DNA of 50,811 nt. Source: an uncultured Thiotrichales bacterium (lineage in GTDB: Bacteria > Pseudomonadota > Gammaproteobacteria > CAZUMV01). The notes under the pieces are model-generated. The model saw nothing but the letters and a program-made list of their open reading frames with translations, was not told the DNA's origin and ran no database searches. The stretch covers positions 1-50,811 of the forward strand of contig CAZUMV010000002.1 in the NCBI GenBank assembly GCA_964621435.1, given 5' to 3'. Positions 29,233 through 37,941 of the stretch are shown one piece after another; position 1 is the stretch's first letter; each line of letters begins with the position of its first letter. Position numbers and translations under genes: made by a program.

Positions 29233-31194
29233 TTACTGGCGCACAAAACCATCATAAACAGACACAGAATCGAGCGCGAAACCATCTACACCTATGGTCC
29301 AGTTATCATACTGCTGGAAACGTATGACAAATTTTTCGCTAAGCCGCATACCAACACTTGCTGCTAACGAAAGAATGTCTAAACGAAAAATTTGCCATTG
29401 ATTATCGCGATAATTCTTACCATTTAGATCGAAAACTTTTGCAAAGGTAACTCCGCCATCATTGGAAAAATACACCCCGTCCGCGCCATGCGCTTCATCA
29501 CCGAAGTCTTTCCAGTTAAACGCAAGCTCCGGATTTAAAGCGCCATTCAGATTTACCCTTAAATCCGCCTGATTGGTCGTGTAGTTTGAACGAATATTGG
29601 AGGCCATTAGTAAATGGAAATCTCCAGCGGCTGGCGTATTGGTATTAGCAACTGCTAACAAGCCATCGGTATTACTTGTAGTTAAACTCCAGAATCCATC
29701 TACCGAACCCGATTCAAAACCAGTGTCGTAAGGTAAGTTGGCATAGGTGTTATCGGCAATAACTTCAATATCATCGAACGCAAAACCATCGGTGTTGATG
29801 GTCCAATTATCATACTGCTGAAAACGCAATACCATTGTGTCGGTATAACTAATGCCGCTGGCGGCGGCCAAATCGTCTAGCTGCAAAACAAATTTTTGCC
29901 AACTATTGTTTGGGTAGTCGGCGCCATTTAGATCAAAGACTTTATCGAAACTTAAACCACCATTATTCGACAGATAAATACCATCTTCGGGATGGGTTTC
30001 ATCACCAAAATCTTTCCAGGCGAAGTTTAAAGTCACGCCACTCGCATTCCGAAGGTTCAATTTGAGATCGGCCATATTGGCAGTGAAATTTCTGCTTATC
30101 CTGGAGGCCATAATTAAATGTTGCTCGCCAGTGGCCGGAACATAGTCGGTACTGACCTCAAGCAGTGCATCGTTGTTACTGCTATTGAGTTCCCAGAAGG
30201 GATCGAGCCCGGTTTCGAAACTGGTGATATACGGGAGCTCACTATAGCCACTGTTAGTATTATAACTAACGAAATCTGCGACCACCGGTAAATGATCGGA
30301 AGCATCATGAAGCGCGCGGGCTACGTTGGGTGACACTGACGTGTTCACGCCATCCAGAATTGATTGGTTAAGACGGTTGCCATCATTGCCATAAGCGTCA
30401 TAACTACCAACAACGAAATCTATGCCTTGGCCATCGTTAATTCCATACGATCCGAGAATCATATCAAAGCGATCACAAATACCACCGGCGGCACCGCCAC
30501 CAAAGCGCGTCGTTCGAGGGCTTTGCGTATGCGTTATGGAAAACTCTAACGCGTCGTGCCAATCGCCCACTAAATTTGGCGAAATAAGATCTTCGGCGCG
30601 ACCATTATTGTTGATTTGATTGGCTATAAATTCTTGATATGCCCGTTCCCCGGAGGAATATATGTTCATATCACCGACAATAATAAACTCCTCATTTTGC
30701 TCTAACTCGTTTAAGTAGCTTCTAAGAATTTGAACTTCTTCAAAACGCTTTTGTTCATTTTCAGATCCTTGACTCGCTTTTAAGTGAGCGCTGTATAACC
30801 TGAGATCATTGCCATCAATCCGCACGCTATATTCGGCAAACGAACGCAGTTCGGTTTGAATATATTTTTGCGCTAGTAACTGCACTACTGATTTCCTGTA
30901 GAACAACATATGATCGGTATCGGGCCCATCAATAAATTCAGCGCGCGAAAATACATCACCATCTTTGTTGAGCGCTTCCAATAACACATCAGCCCCGGCC
31001 GCGGTAAAGATTTCCTGCATCAAAACAATATCGGGTTGGATATCTGAAAATACCACGCCGAAACTATCCTGGCGGTCGATGTCGTCCACATCAAACTTTA
31101 GCGCATTGTAAGTCATGACCCGAAATTGCGTGTCCCCAAACGCTAATGGGGTGAACGCTAACAATAAGACAACCAGAGTAAAGTGTTTAAACAT
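29233..31194 (-). CDS. Secreted endonuclease/exonuclease/phosphatase (EEP) family protein with two tandem C-terminal ~165-aa modules
   Basis: 653 aa with a signal peptide. The EEP core has LMQE, GDMN and SDHLPV motifs (aa ~21-310). It is followed by two homologous modules (aa 317-479 and 484-647). Confidence 0.8.
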   Translation of the reverse strand: MFKHFTLVVLLLAFTPLAFGDTQFRVMTYNALKFDVDDIDRQDSFGVVFSDIQPDIVLMQEIFTAAGADVLLEALNKDGDVFSRAEFIDGPDTDHMLFYRKSVVQLLAQKYIQTELRSFAEYSVRIDGNDLRLYSAHLKASQGSENEQKRFEEVQILRSYLNELEQNEEFIIVGDMNIYSSGERAYQEFIANQINNNGRAEDLISPNLVGDWHDALEFSITHTQSPRTTRFGGGAAGGICDRFDMILGSYGINDGQGIDFVVGSYDAYGNDGNRLNQSILDGVNTSVSPNVARALHDASDHLPVVADFVSYNTNSGYSELPYITSFETGLDPFWELNSSNNDALLEVSTDYVPATGEQHLIMASRISRNFTANMADLKLNLRNASGVTLNFAWKDFGDETHPEDGIYLSNNGGLSFDKVFDLNGADYPNNSWQKFVLQLDDLAAASGISYTDTMVLRFQQYDNWTINTDGFAFDDIEVIADNTYANLPYDTGFESGSVDGFWSLTTSNTDGLLAVANTNTPAAGDFHLLMASNIRSNYTTNQADLRVNLNGALNPELAFNWKDFGDEAHGADGVYFSNDGGVTFAKVFDLNGKNYRDNQWQIFRLDILSLAASVGMRLSEKFVIRFQQYDNWTIGVDGFALDSVSVYDGFVRQ

Positions 31195-31374
31195 AAAGGC
31201 CTTTAAGAGGTATCAGTGGTTCGCACGCTATGCCATGCAAGGCAGTTCTCATGCCGGAACGGTACTGTATTGGTTTTTAGCGCATTGATCTGTAAGAATT
31301 AGCGACTCGATTTTAAAAACGGTAACTCGTCACAATTTTTTGTAGGACAAATCTATTCGGAAAGAGTTTCAATT

Positions 31375-32100
31375 ATGTATTCATCAATAGTCGTGCTAAC
31401 CGGAGCTGGTATTTCAGCTGAATCCGGAATACAGACTTTTAGAGCTGCGGATGGTCTGTGGGAAAATCACCGCGTTGAAGACGTGGCGTCACCAGAAGGA
31501 TTTGCTCGAGATAAAACACTAGTACATAGATTTTATAACGACCGGCGCGCGCAACTATTGCGGCCGGGAATAAAACCTAACGCGGGACATTTGGCGTTAG
31601 CAAAACTTGAACAGGAATTTGATGGTGATTTCTTGTTAGTTACACAAAATATCGACAACCTACACGAACGAGCCGGAAGTCATAGTTTGCTACATATGCA
31701 CGGCGAAGCCCTACGCTCGCGCTGCGCTATCAGTGGTGAGACTTTTGAATGTACGACGTCGCTCTCCGTAGATGACGTTTGTGACTGCTGTGGCAAGGCC
31801 GGGAACCTGCGGCCCCACATAGTCTGGTTTGGCGAAATGCCTTTATATATGGCTGAAATTGAAGCTGCACTGATGAAATGTGATTTATTCATCTCTATAG
31901 GCACATCCGGTAACGTCTACCCGGCAGCGGGTTTCGTTCAGTTAGCTAACCATTCGAAAGCGCATACGATTGAAATAAATCTTGAGCCATCCAACGTGCA
32001 TTCGAGTTTTGACGATAAACGGTATGGAAAAGCCGGTGACCTTTTACCGATATTTATACAGGAATTGTTAGCAAAGGTTTCTGAAACGCACTGCCCATAG
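31375..32100 (+). CDS. cobB: NAD-dependent protein deacylase, Sir2 family (class III, CobB-type)
   Basis: 241 aa. [24 protein letters not shown], a Cys cluster C...C...CDCC, and [10 protein letters not shown] are present. Confidence 0.9.
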   Translation: MYSSIVVLTGAGISAESGIQTFRAADGLWENHRVEDVASPEGFARDKTLVHRFYNDRRAQLLRPGIKPNAGHLALAKLEQEFDGDFLLVTQNIDNLHERAGSHSLLHMHGEALRSRCAISGETFECTTSLSVDDVCDCCGKAGNLRPHIVWFGEMPLYMAEIEAALMKCDLFISIGTSGNVYPAAGFVQLANHSKAHTIEINLEPSNVHSSFDDKRYGKAGDLLPIFIQELLAKVSETHCP

Positions 32101-32126
32101 AATACTGTGACGGACTAGAAAAGAAG

Positions 32127-32157
32127 GATGCGAACCACGCACGCTCGCATTTTTTTT
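32127..32157 (+). terminator. Weak candidate terminator after cobB
   Basis: Short stem GATGCGA / TCGCAT with an ~11-nt loop, followed by a run of 8 T. Confidence 0.35.
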
Positions 32158-32259
32158 GGCGCAAAATTTTTGTGCGCCAGCTCTGTTATAGACGCGCCGA
32201 AAATGATGGATTACAACGCTCTGTGAATCAATATCACATTCACTAGAACTTGTTCTGCA

Positions 32260-32559
32260 ATGATGCATTTATCGACTCAACTGATACGAACGATAATGGA
32301 TATCAAAAAATTTACTTCACAGAACATACGAATATGTGATGACGGGCGACTGGCAATAGATACCAATCTATTCGGCAGGGGATTTACCTTGTTTGGAGAA
32401 CACCAAGAAGAGCTTTTGTTGATCGCCAATGAATACGCACGATGTCTGATTGCCAGCCACAATCGAAAGATGCAGGAAGTGGACAATTTTTTTGTATCCG
32501 ATCAGACTCACAAACGACCCCATCTGAGCCTCAGTCCGGATAAAACCCGTTCTCGCTAA
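32260..32559 (+). CDS. Hypothetical protein (no family recognised)
   Basis: 99-aa ORF filling the gap between cobB and the acyl-CoA ligase on the same strand. The start is uncertain (alternative Met at aa 13). No motif recognised. Confidence 0.35.
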   Translation: MMHLSTQLIRTIMDIKKFTSQNIRICDDGRLAIDTNLFGRGFTLFGEHQEELLLIANEYARCLIASHNRKMQEVDNFFVSDQTHKRPHLSLSPDKTRSR

Positions 32560-32633
32560 AGCGTTATTTTTTTATAAATCGGGAATTTTATAGAATATAA
32601 TGGTCGACACTATAAAAGTGTTTAAGGCCATTT

Positions 32634-34265
32634 ATGCAAAATTTAATGCAGTCTGATCCGGTCAACTTGATTGACATCCTTAAGTATGCCGCACGCTGGC
32701 GCGGCGATTCAGAAATCGTAAGTAATAGCGTAGAAGGTGGTATTCACCGGGAAACCTACCAACAGGCCTACCAGAGATCTGCACAGTTAGCACACGCATT
32801 GAAAGCCTTGGGTACTAATGAAGGTGACCGCGTCGCTACTATGGCCTGGAATACCTGGCGGCACGTAGAGTGCTGGTACGCAATTGCCGGAATCGGCGCT
32901 ATTTGCCATACCCTTAATCCTCGCCTTTCTACGGAACAGTTACACTATATTGTCGAACATGCCGAAGATCGATTCCTATTTGTTGATCTAACGTTCTTTC
33001 CAATAATTGCTGGCAACATCAAAGCCCTCTCGTCTTTAGAAGGAATCATTATCCTGACAGATCAGGAACATATGCCAGAGGCAACCGATATTGGTATACC
33101 GGTTCATTGTTTTGAAGATTTAATTTCAGACCAGCCCAATGAATTCGATTGGCAAAGTTTTCCCGAAGAGCAACCTTCATCTTTATGTTATACCTCGGGA
33201 ACTACCGGCGACCCTAAAGGCGTGCTTTACTCACATCGTTCGAATTTGCATCATGCCTATGCCAGTTGCTCCAGTGAAGCCTTTGCTGCTACCACGAAAG
33301 ATTCGTTCCTGGTAATCGTCCCGATGTTTCATGCCAACAGTTGGGGCCTGGCTTTTTGTCTGCCGATGTCCGGAGCGAAAATGGTTATGCCGGGACCACA
33401 CATGGATGGCGCGAGTGTTTATAGCTTAATCGAGCAAGAACAAGTTACCAAGTCAGCAGCTGTACCAACCGTCTGGTCTATGCTGCTCGATTATCTAGAC
33501 ACCAATAAACTGCAAGTACCTACTATGAAGGAGACCGTTATTGGTGGTTCCTGTGCGCCGCGCTCAATGATCGTAGAGTTTGCTGAAAAATACGATGTAC
33601 AAGTACTGCACGCGTGGGGCATGACAGAAACCAGCCCGCTCGGAACAATTAACCGCATCGAAGTATATGCTGATAGTTTACCAAAAGATGAAATTCTTGA
33701 TTATCAATGCAAGCAAGGTCGCCCGCCCTTTGGTGTTGATATAAAGTTAGTTGACGATGATGGTAACGAATTACCTCGTGATGGCGAAACCTCCGGGCGC
33801 TTAATGATAAAAGGCCCGTGGGTGATCGAACGCTATTACAAGAAAACCGAGTCTGCGCTTGAGAACGGCTGGTTAGATACCGGTGATATTGCGACCATAG
33901 ACGCGCACGGATTCATGCAAATAACCGACCGCGCTAAAGACGTCATAAAATCCGGCGGCGAATGGATTTCTTCTGTTGATCTGGAAAATGCAGCGGTCGC
34001 TCATCCGGGTATTCAGCTAGCAGCATGCATCGGCGTCAAACACCCTAAATGGGAAGAAAGACCTTTATTGATAATTCAAACCTATGATAATCAGGAAATT
34101 GATGCCAGCGAAATTAACGCGCTACTGGAAAAAACCTTTGCGAGTTGGCAACTCCCCGACGCTATCATTCGAATTGAAGAAATACCGTTGACCGCTACCG
34201 GCAAAGTAGACAAAAAGCCTTTACGAAAAGATTATATGGAATACCTTGTAAACCAGGAGTCTTAA
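32634..34265 (+). CDS. AMP-dependent acyl-CoA synthetase / long-chain fatty-acid-CoA ligase
   Basis: 543 aa. AMP-binding motif [12 protein letters not shown], a later GWLDTGD, and C-terminal GKVDKKPLR with the lysine that is acetylated in this enzyme class. Confidence 0.9.
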   Translation: MQNLMQSDPVNLIDILKYAARWRGDSEIVSNSVEGGIHRETYQQAYQRSAQLAHALKALGTNEGDRVATMAWNTWRHVECWYAIAGIGAICHTLNPRLSTEQLHYIVEHAEDRFLFVDLTFFPIIAGNIKALSSLEGIIILTDQEHMPEATDIGIPVHCFEDLISDQPNEFDWQSFPEEQPSSLCYTSGTTGDPKGVLYSHRSNLHHAYASCSSEAFAATTKDSFLVIVPMFHANSWGLAFCLPMSGAKMVMPGPHMDGASVYSLIEQEQVTKSAAVPTVWSMLLDYLDTNKLQVPTMKETVIGGSCAPRSMIVEFAEKYDVQVLHAWGMTETSPLGTINRIEVYADSLPKDEILDYQCKQGRPPFGVDIKLVDDDGNELPRDGETSGRLMIKGPWVIERYYKKTESALENGWLDTGDIATIDAHGFMQITDRAKDVIKSGGEWISSVDLENAAVAHPGIQLAACIGVKHPKWEERPLLIIQTYDNQEIDASEINALLEKTFASWQLPDAIIRIEEIPLTATGKVDKKPLRKDYMEYLVNQES

Positions 34266-34334
34266 AAGCCAACGGGAAAAAGATACCCACATATGAGCTG
34301 TTGTCCAAATTGATATAATAGTTAGCGAATAGCA

Positions 34335-34799
34335 ATGTCTAGAGTCCACCTGGTCTGTTTTGTTGTGGCGCTACTAAGCCTGCTTGGGTCTTGTAGTCAG
34401 GGTTCAGATCAACTCAAAGAATTTGTATCGGATGGATGTAGCGCCTTTCCGGACGGTACGCTAGAAAATCAGCAACTATGGTTATCTTGTTGTGTTGCTC
34501 ATGACTTTGACTATTGGCGCGGCGGTGACTATGAACAACGTAAACAGTCTGATTTAAATCTACAGCAATGCGTTGCCGATATCGGGCAGCCACAAGTCGC
34601 TGAACTAATGTTGGCGGGGGTTAGAGTTGGTGGTTCTCCGTATTGGCCCACACGGTTTAGATGGGGCTATGGGTGGAGATATTTCAAAGGCTACGGAAAG
34701 TTAACCGACGCCGAAGCAAAATTGGTGCAACAAAAAAGCCGCGGCTATTTAAATAAGCTACAGCCAAAAAACTTCGAACCTAGTGACGATAATTTATAA
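34335..34799 (+). CDS. Small secreted lipoprotein with a phospholipase A2-like CCxxHDxxY motif
   Basis: 154 aa. Lipobox LLGSC. DGCSAFPDG...CCVAHDFDYWRGG resembles the PLA2 catalytic His-Asp block. The CDS call is solid; the functional call is inference. Confidence 0.5.
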   Translation: MSRVHLVCFVVALLSLLGSCSQGSDQLKEFVSDGCSAFPDGTLENQQLWLSCCVAHDFDYWRGGDYEQRKQSDLNLQQCVADIGQPQVAELMLAGVRVGGSPYWPTRFRWGYGWRYFKGYGKLTDAEAKLVQQKSRGYLNKLQPKNFEPSDDNL

Positions 34800-34943
34800 A
34801 CAACAGAATTATGATTCAAAGTATGCGATTAAATTTGTAGGACTAAAGCCGTTAATCTGATAAATCGCTAGCTAGGTTCAACTACCCCTGTTAATTCATT
34901 AAACCAGCGCTTAACCTATCGAAAATCAATTCGGTTTCATATT

Positions 34944-35633
34944 GTGAATTATTTCTGCGCACTACTGCTTACAATACTTGTCGCGACAACTACCGCTTGC
35001 TCAGGAGGTAATGAGACCATTGAAGATGTTATAGAGGAAAATGTCTCACAAATAGACAATAACTCAAACGCCGCAAGTAGTTCTGACAGCGATTCCACGC
35101 CTGCCAGCGACGCCTCAAATAACAGCTCTGAAACGCCTGACGATGACGGTTTAATTGCAAGCGATGACAACAGCAATAGTCAAAACAGTGAAGGCGAGTG
35201 TACGCTAACAGCGGTTCAACAAGAGTTGCTCGACGCGCATAATACCGCCCGGGCGGAAGCGCGCAATTGCGGCGCTACTCTTTTCCCGGCGACTACACCT
35301 TTGGTATGGGATTGTACCCTGGCCGATATTGCCAACGATCATAATGTCGATATGGGAACCAATAACTTTTTCAATCATACTGGTTCAGATGGCTTATCAA
35401 GTTCTGATCGCGCCACTAACGCCGGCTACAACTGGAGTGCGGTTGGCGAAAACATTGCCGCCGGATTCTCTGATGTGGCGAGCGTTATGCAAGGTTGGTT
35501 AGGCAGTGAAGGACACTGTGAGAACCTTATGCGAGCTAGTTACCAGGAAATGGGTGGCAATGTATATTCTGCTTCCGGTTCAGACTTTCCGACTTACTGG
35601 ACGGTCAATTTTGGTACCGAAAGTTCTTTTTAA
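34944..35633 (+). CDS. CAP (SCP/PR-1-like) domain lipoprotein with a Ser/Asp/Asn-rich linker
   Basis: 229 aa with a GTG start and lipobox TTTAC. It has a low-complexity linker and then a CAP domain (AHNTARAEA..., FFNHTGSDG, GENIAAG, GHCENLM, YWTVNFG). Confidence 0.8.
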   Translation: MNYFCALLLTILVATTTACSGGNETIEDVIEENVSQIDNNSNAASSSDSDSTPASDASNNSSETPDDDGLIASDDNSNSQNSEGECTLTAVQQELLDAHNTARAEARNCGATLFPATTPLVWDCTLADIANDHNVDMGTNNFFNHTGSDGLSSSDRATNAGYNWSAVGENIAAGFSDVASVMQGWLGSEGHCENLMRASYQEMGGNVYSASGSDFPTYWTVNFGTESSF

Positions 35634-35643
35634 GCTTGCCGTT

Positions 35644-36720
35644 TTAGTTGTTGCCGAGAATTACGTCTAGAGATCTCTGCGCTTGTGTATGCTTTTGCCT
35701 TGCTGCCATGGCGTACCACTTTGCCGCAATTTTTCGATTCATCTTTACCTCTATGCCAAAGGCATACATAAAACCGAGATTGAATTGAGCATCCGCGTGA
35801 CCATTTTCAGCCGCTTTAAAATAGTAGTCTTTGGCCAATTTATGGTCTTTAGAGACGCCAACACCGCTCTTGTACATTTCAGCTAAACGATATATTGAAT
35901 CAACATGATTGTTTTGACTGGCCTGTTCATACCAGCGTGCTGCCTTGGTTTTACTTTCATCTACGACTAGGCCTTTGTAATACATATTAGCCAGGTCATA
36001 TTGAGCTTTTACATAACCACCTTCCGCCGCAGCCAGATAAAGTTCAACCGCTCTGTTTCTATCTTGCTCTACGCCGATACCAATAAGGTACATTTCAGCT
36101 AAAGCATACTGAGCGTTACTCACACCTCGATCAGCGGCCTTGGTAAACCACTTAGCGGCCTCCTGGTAGTGCCGGCTAACGCCTTCGCCATTGGCGTACA
36201 TGCGCCCCATAAAATAGCAACCTGCTTTATCGCCTTGTTCGGCGGCTCTTCGATACCATTTCATGGCCAACTTGAAATCTCGTTTTAGACCCTCACCGTT
36301 TCGATACATTTGACCCAAACGAACCTGCGCCTCTGAGTTTTGTTGTTGCGCCGCTTGCTCAAACCAATATAGCGCCTTGCTAACATCACGCTGCACCAGA
36401 TTACCGGTAGTGTAATCGATACCGAGTCGGTATTGGGCATCCGAGTCACCTTGATTTGCCGCTAAAGATACGAGCTTTTTGGATTGTTGGTCGTTTAGTT
36501 GTTGGTCAACTTGCGCCGTGTAGATTTTTTTTAATTGAATGTGTGCTTCAGGATGTTTTTGTTCGGCAGCCAGCTCCAACCATTTAATCGCTTTGTCTTG
36601 ATCGCGCTTAACGCCGACACCTTGTGCATACATCATCCCGACATGGCATTGTGCATGCGCATCACCGGCGTGAGCATTCTTTATATAACGCTCCAGTACT
36701 CTTTGTTCTTCCTTAAACAT
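35644..36720 (-). CDS. Sel1-like (SLR) repeat protein
   Basis: 358 aa with about 9 repeats of the A.Y.LG.MY..G.GV..D...A..W pattern. Confidence 0.85.
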   Translation of the reverse strand: MFKEEQRVLERYIKNAHAGDAHAQCHVGMMYAQGVGVKRDQDKAIKWLELAAEQKHPEAHIQLKKIYTAQVDQQLNDQQSKKLVSLAANQGDSDAQYRLGIDYTTGNLVQRDVSKALYWFEQAAQQQNSEAQVRLGQMYRNGEGLKRDFKLAMKWYRRAAEQGDKAGCYFMGRMYANGEGVSRHYQEAAKWFTKAADRGVSNAQYALAEMYLIGIGVEQDRNRAVELYLAAAEGGYVKAQYDLANMYYKGLVVDESKTKAARWYEQASQNNHVDSIYRLAEMYKSGVGVSKDHKLAKDYYFKAAENGHADAQFNLGFMYAFGIEVKMNRKIAAKWYAMAARQKHTQAQRSLDVILGNN

Positions 36721-36804
36721 AAGTGTGATTTTATAGGGCGCTTTAAAAGCTTTGACGAACCCAGATCACACAACATTTATCACGCCCGCCGCTTATCCAA
36801 TTTT

Positions 36805-37941
36805 TTATACCGCTTGTTGATACCAGAGAACGCCGTCAGAATCTCTTGTTTCGGTTATCTTTCCGCGGTGCTTTAACCAGTTTAGATGCGCACGCGTTTC
36901 ACCTGTTGCTAAAAATGCCGAAAACCCGTCGGGATTGATCGGCTTTCTAAAAAGAACGGAAAAACAATCAATAATTCTAGCGGGGTTGTCGAGGTACTTT
37001 AGCAATCGATCAAGCGAACGTTCATGCGAACTAATAAGTTGATTAGCACGTTCATGCACACCAAGGAATGGCTCTTGGTGGGCAGGTAGAACCATTGCGT
37101 CGTCGGGCAGATCCAATACGATTCTTTGATTGGATTGCAGCCATTGATCGAGCGGATCGGCCTGTGGCTCCAAAGCATGTACGCTAACATTGGAAGATAT
37201 TCTTGGCAGCAATTGGTCGCCAGCAATCAGTAATTTCAGTTCCGGACAATGTAATGACATATGTTCTGGTGAATGTCCTGCGGTCGAAAACGTTTTCCAA
37301 CTACGGTTGTTAATCATTAGCTCCTGACCATCGACGACGCGTCGGTAATTGTCAGGTAATTTCGATATAGACGCACCGTACCCACCAAAGCGCTCTTTAT
37401 AAGATGTAATAAATCCTTCACCCAGACCGCATTCCTTGTAAAAATCGATCGCTGCAGTCGGTGCCTGTTTATCAGTATCGCTGACTAGCCTAAAACAGGT
37501 TAATAGTTCTAATTGGGAAATCCATAGGTCACACTGATAGCGCCGACAAAGCCAACCCGCCATACCGATATGATCCGGGTGCATATGCGTCACTATGACT
37601 CGATTCACGGGCGCATGTTTGAATAACTTTTCTTCGACCTCATGCCAGACCTTTTTCGCGCCCTCCCACTGCATACCTGTGTCGACGATAACCCAGCCAT
37701 CAATATCGCGGAGCAACCACAAATTGATATGATCTAATGCAAGCGGAAGTGGCATGCGCAACCAGTAGACACCCTCAGCTACTTGCTTCCAGTGTCCTAG
37801 CTCCGGATGCCAGTTATTACCGAGCGGGTACTGCAGCTTATTCTTCTTCAAGAGACTGTGTCGATTGTTTAGAAGCTGTGGCTGCAATAATTTTATCGCC
37901 TGGTCTTGCGGTCGGTCCCTGATGAGCACTATAAACTTCAA
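36805..37941 (-). CDS. MBL-fold metallo-hydrolase
   Basis: THMHPDH motif. The N-terminal 34 aa of the track ORF overlap the upstream antiporter gene by 104 nt, so the real start may be further downstream (see findings). Confidence 0.8.
   Translation of the reverse strand: MKFIVLIRDRPQDQAIKLLQPQLLNNRHSLLKKNKLQYPLGNNWHPELGHWKQVAEGVYWLRMPLPLALDHINLWLLRDIDGWVIVDTGMQWEGAKKVWHEVEEKLFKHAPVNRVIVTHMHPDHIGMAGWLCRRYQCDLWISQLELLTCFRLVSDTDKQAPTAAIDFYKECGLGEGFITSYKERFGGYGASISKLPDNYRRVVDGQELMINNRSWKTFSTAGHSPEHMSLHCPELKLLIAGDQLLPRISSNVSVHALEPQADPLDQWLQSNQRIVLDLPDDAMVLPAHQEPFLGVHERANQLISSHERSLDRLLKYLDNPARIIDCFSVLFRKPINPDGFSAFLATGETRAHLNWLKHRGKITETRDSDGVLWYQQAV

Noticed and set aside
29098-29367. 89-aa plus-strand ORF in the gap between the ICMT-like gene and the EEP gene.
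   Set aside because: It overlaps the 3' end of the EEP gene by about 135 nt. It has no RBS or recognisable motif, and its composition is unremarkable. Probably non-coding.
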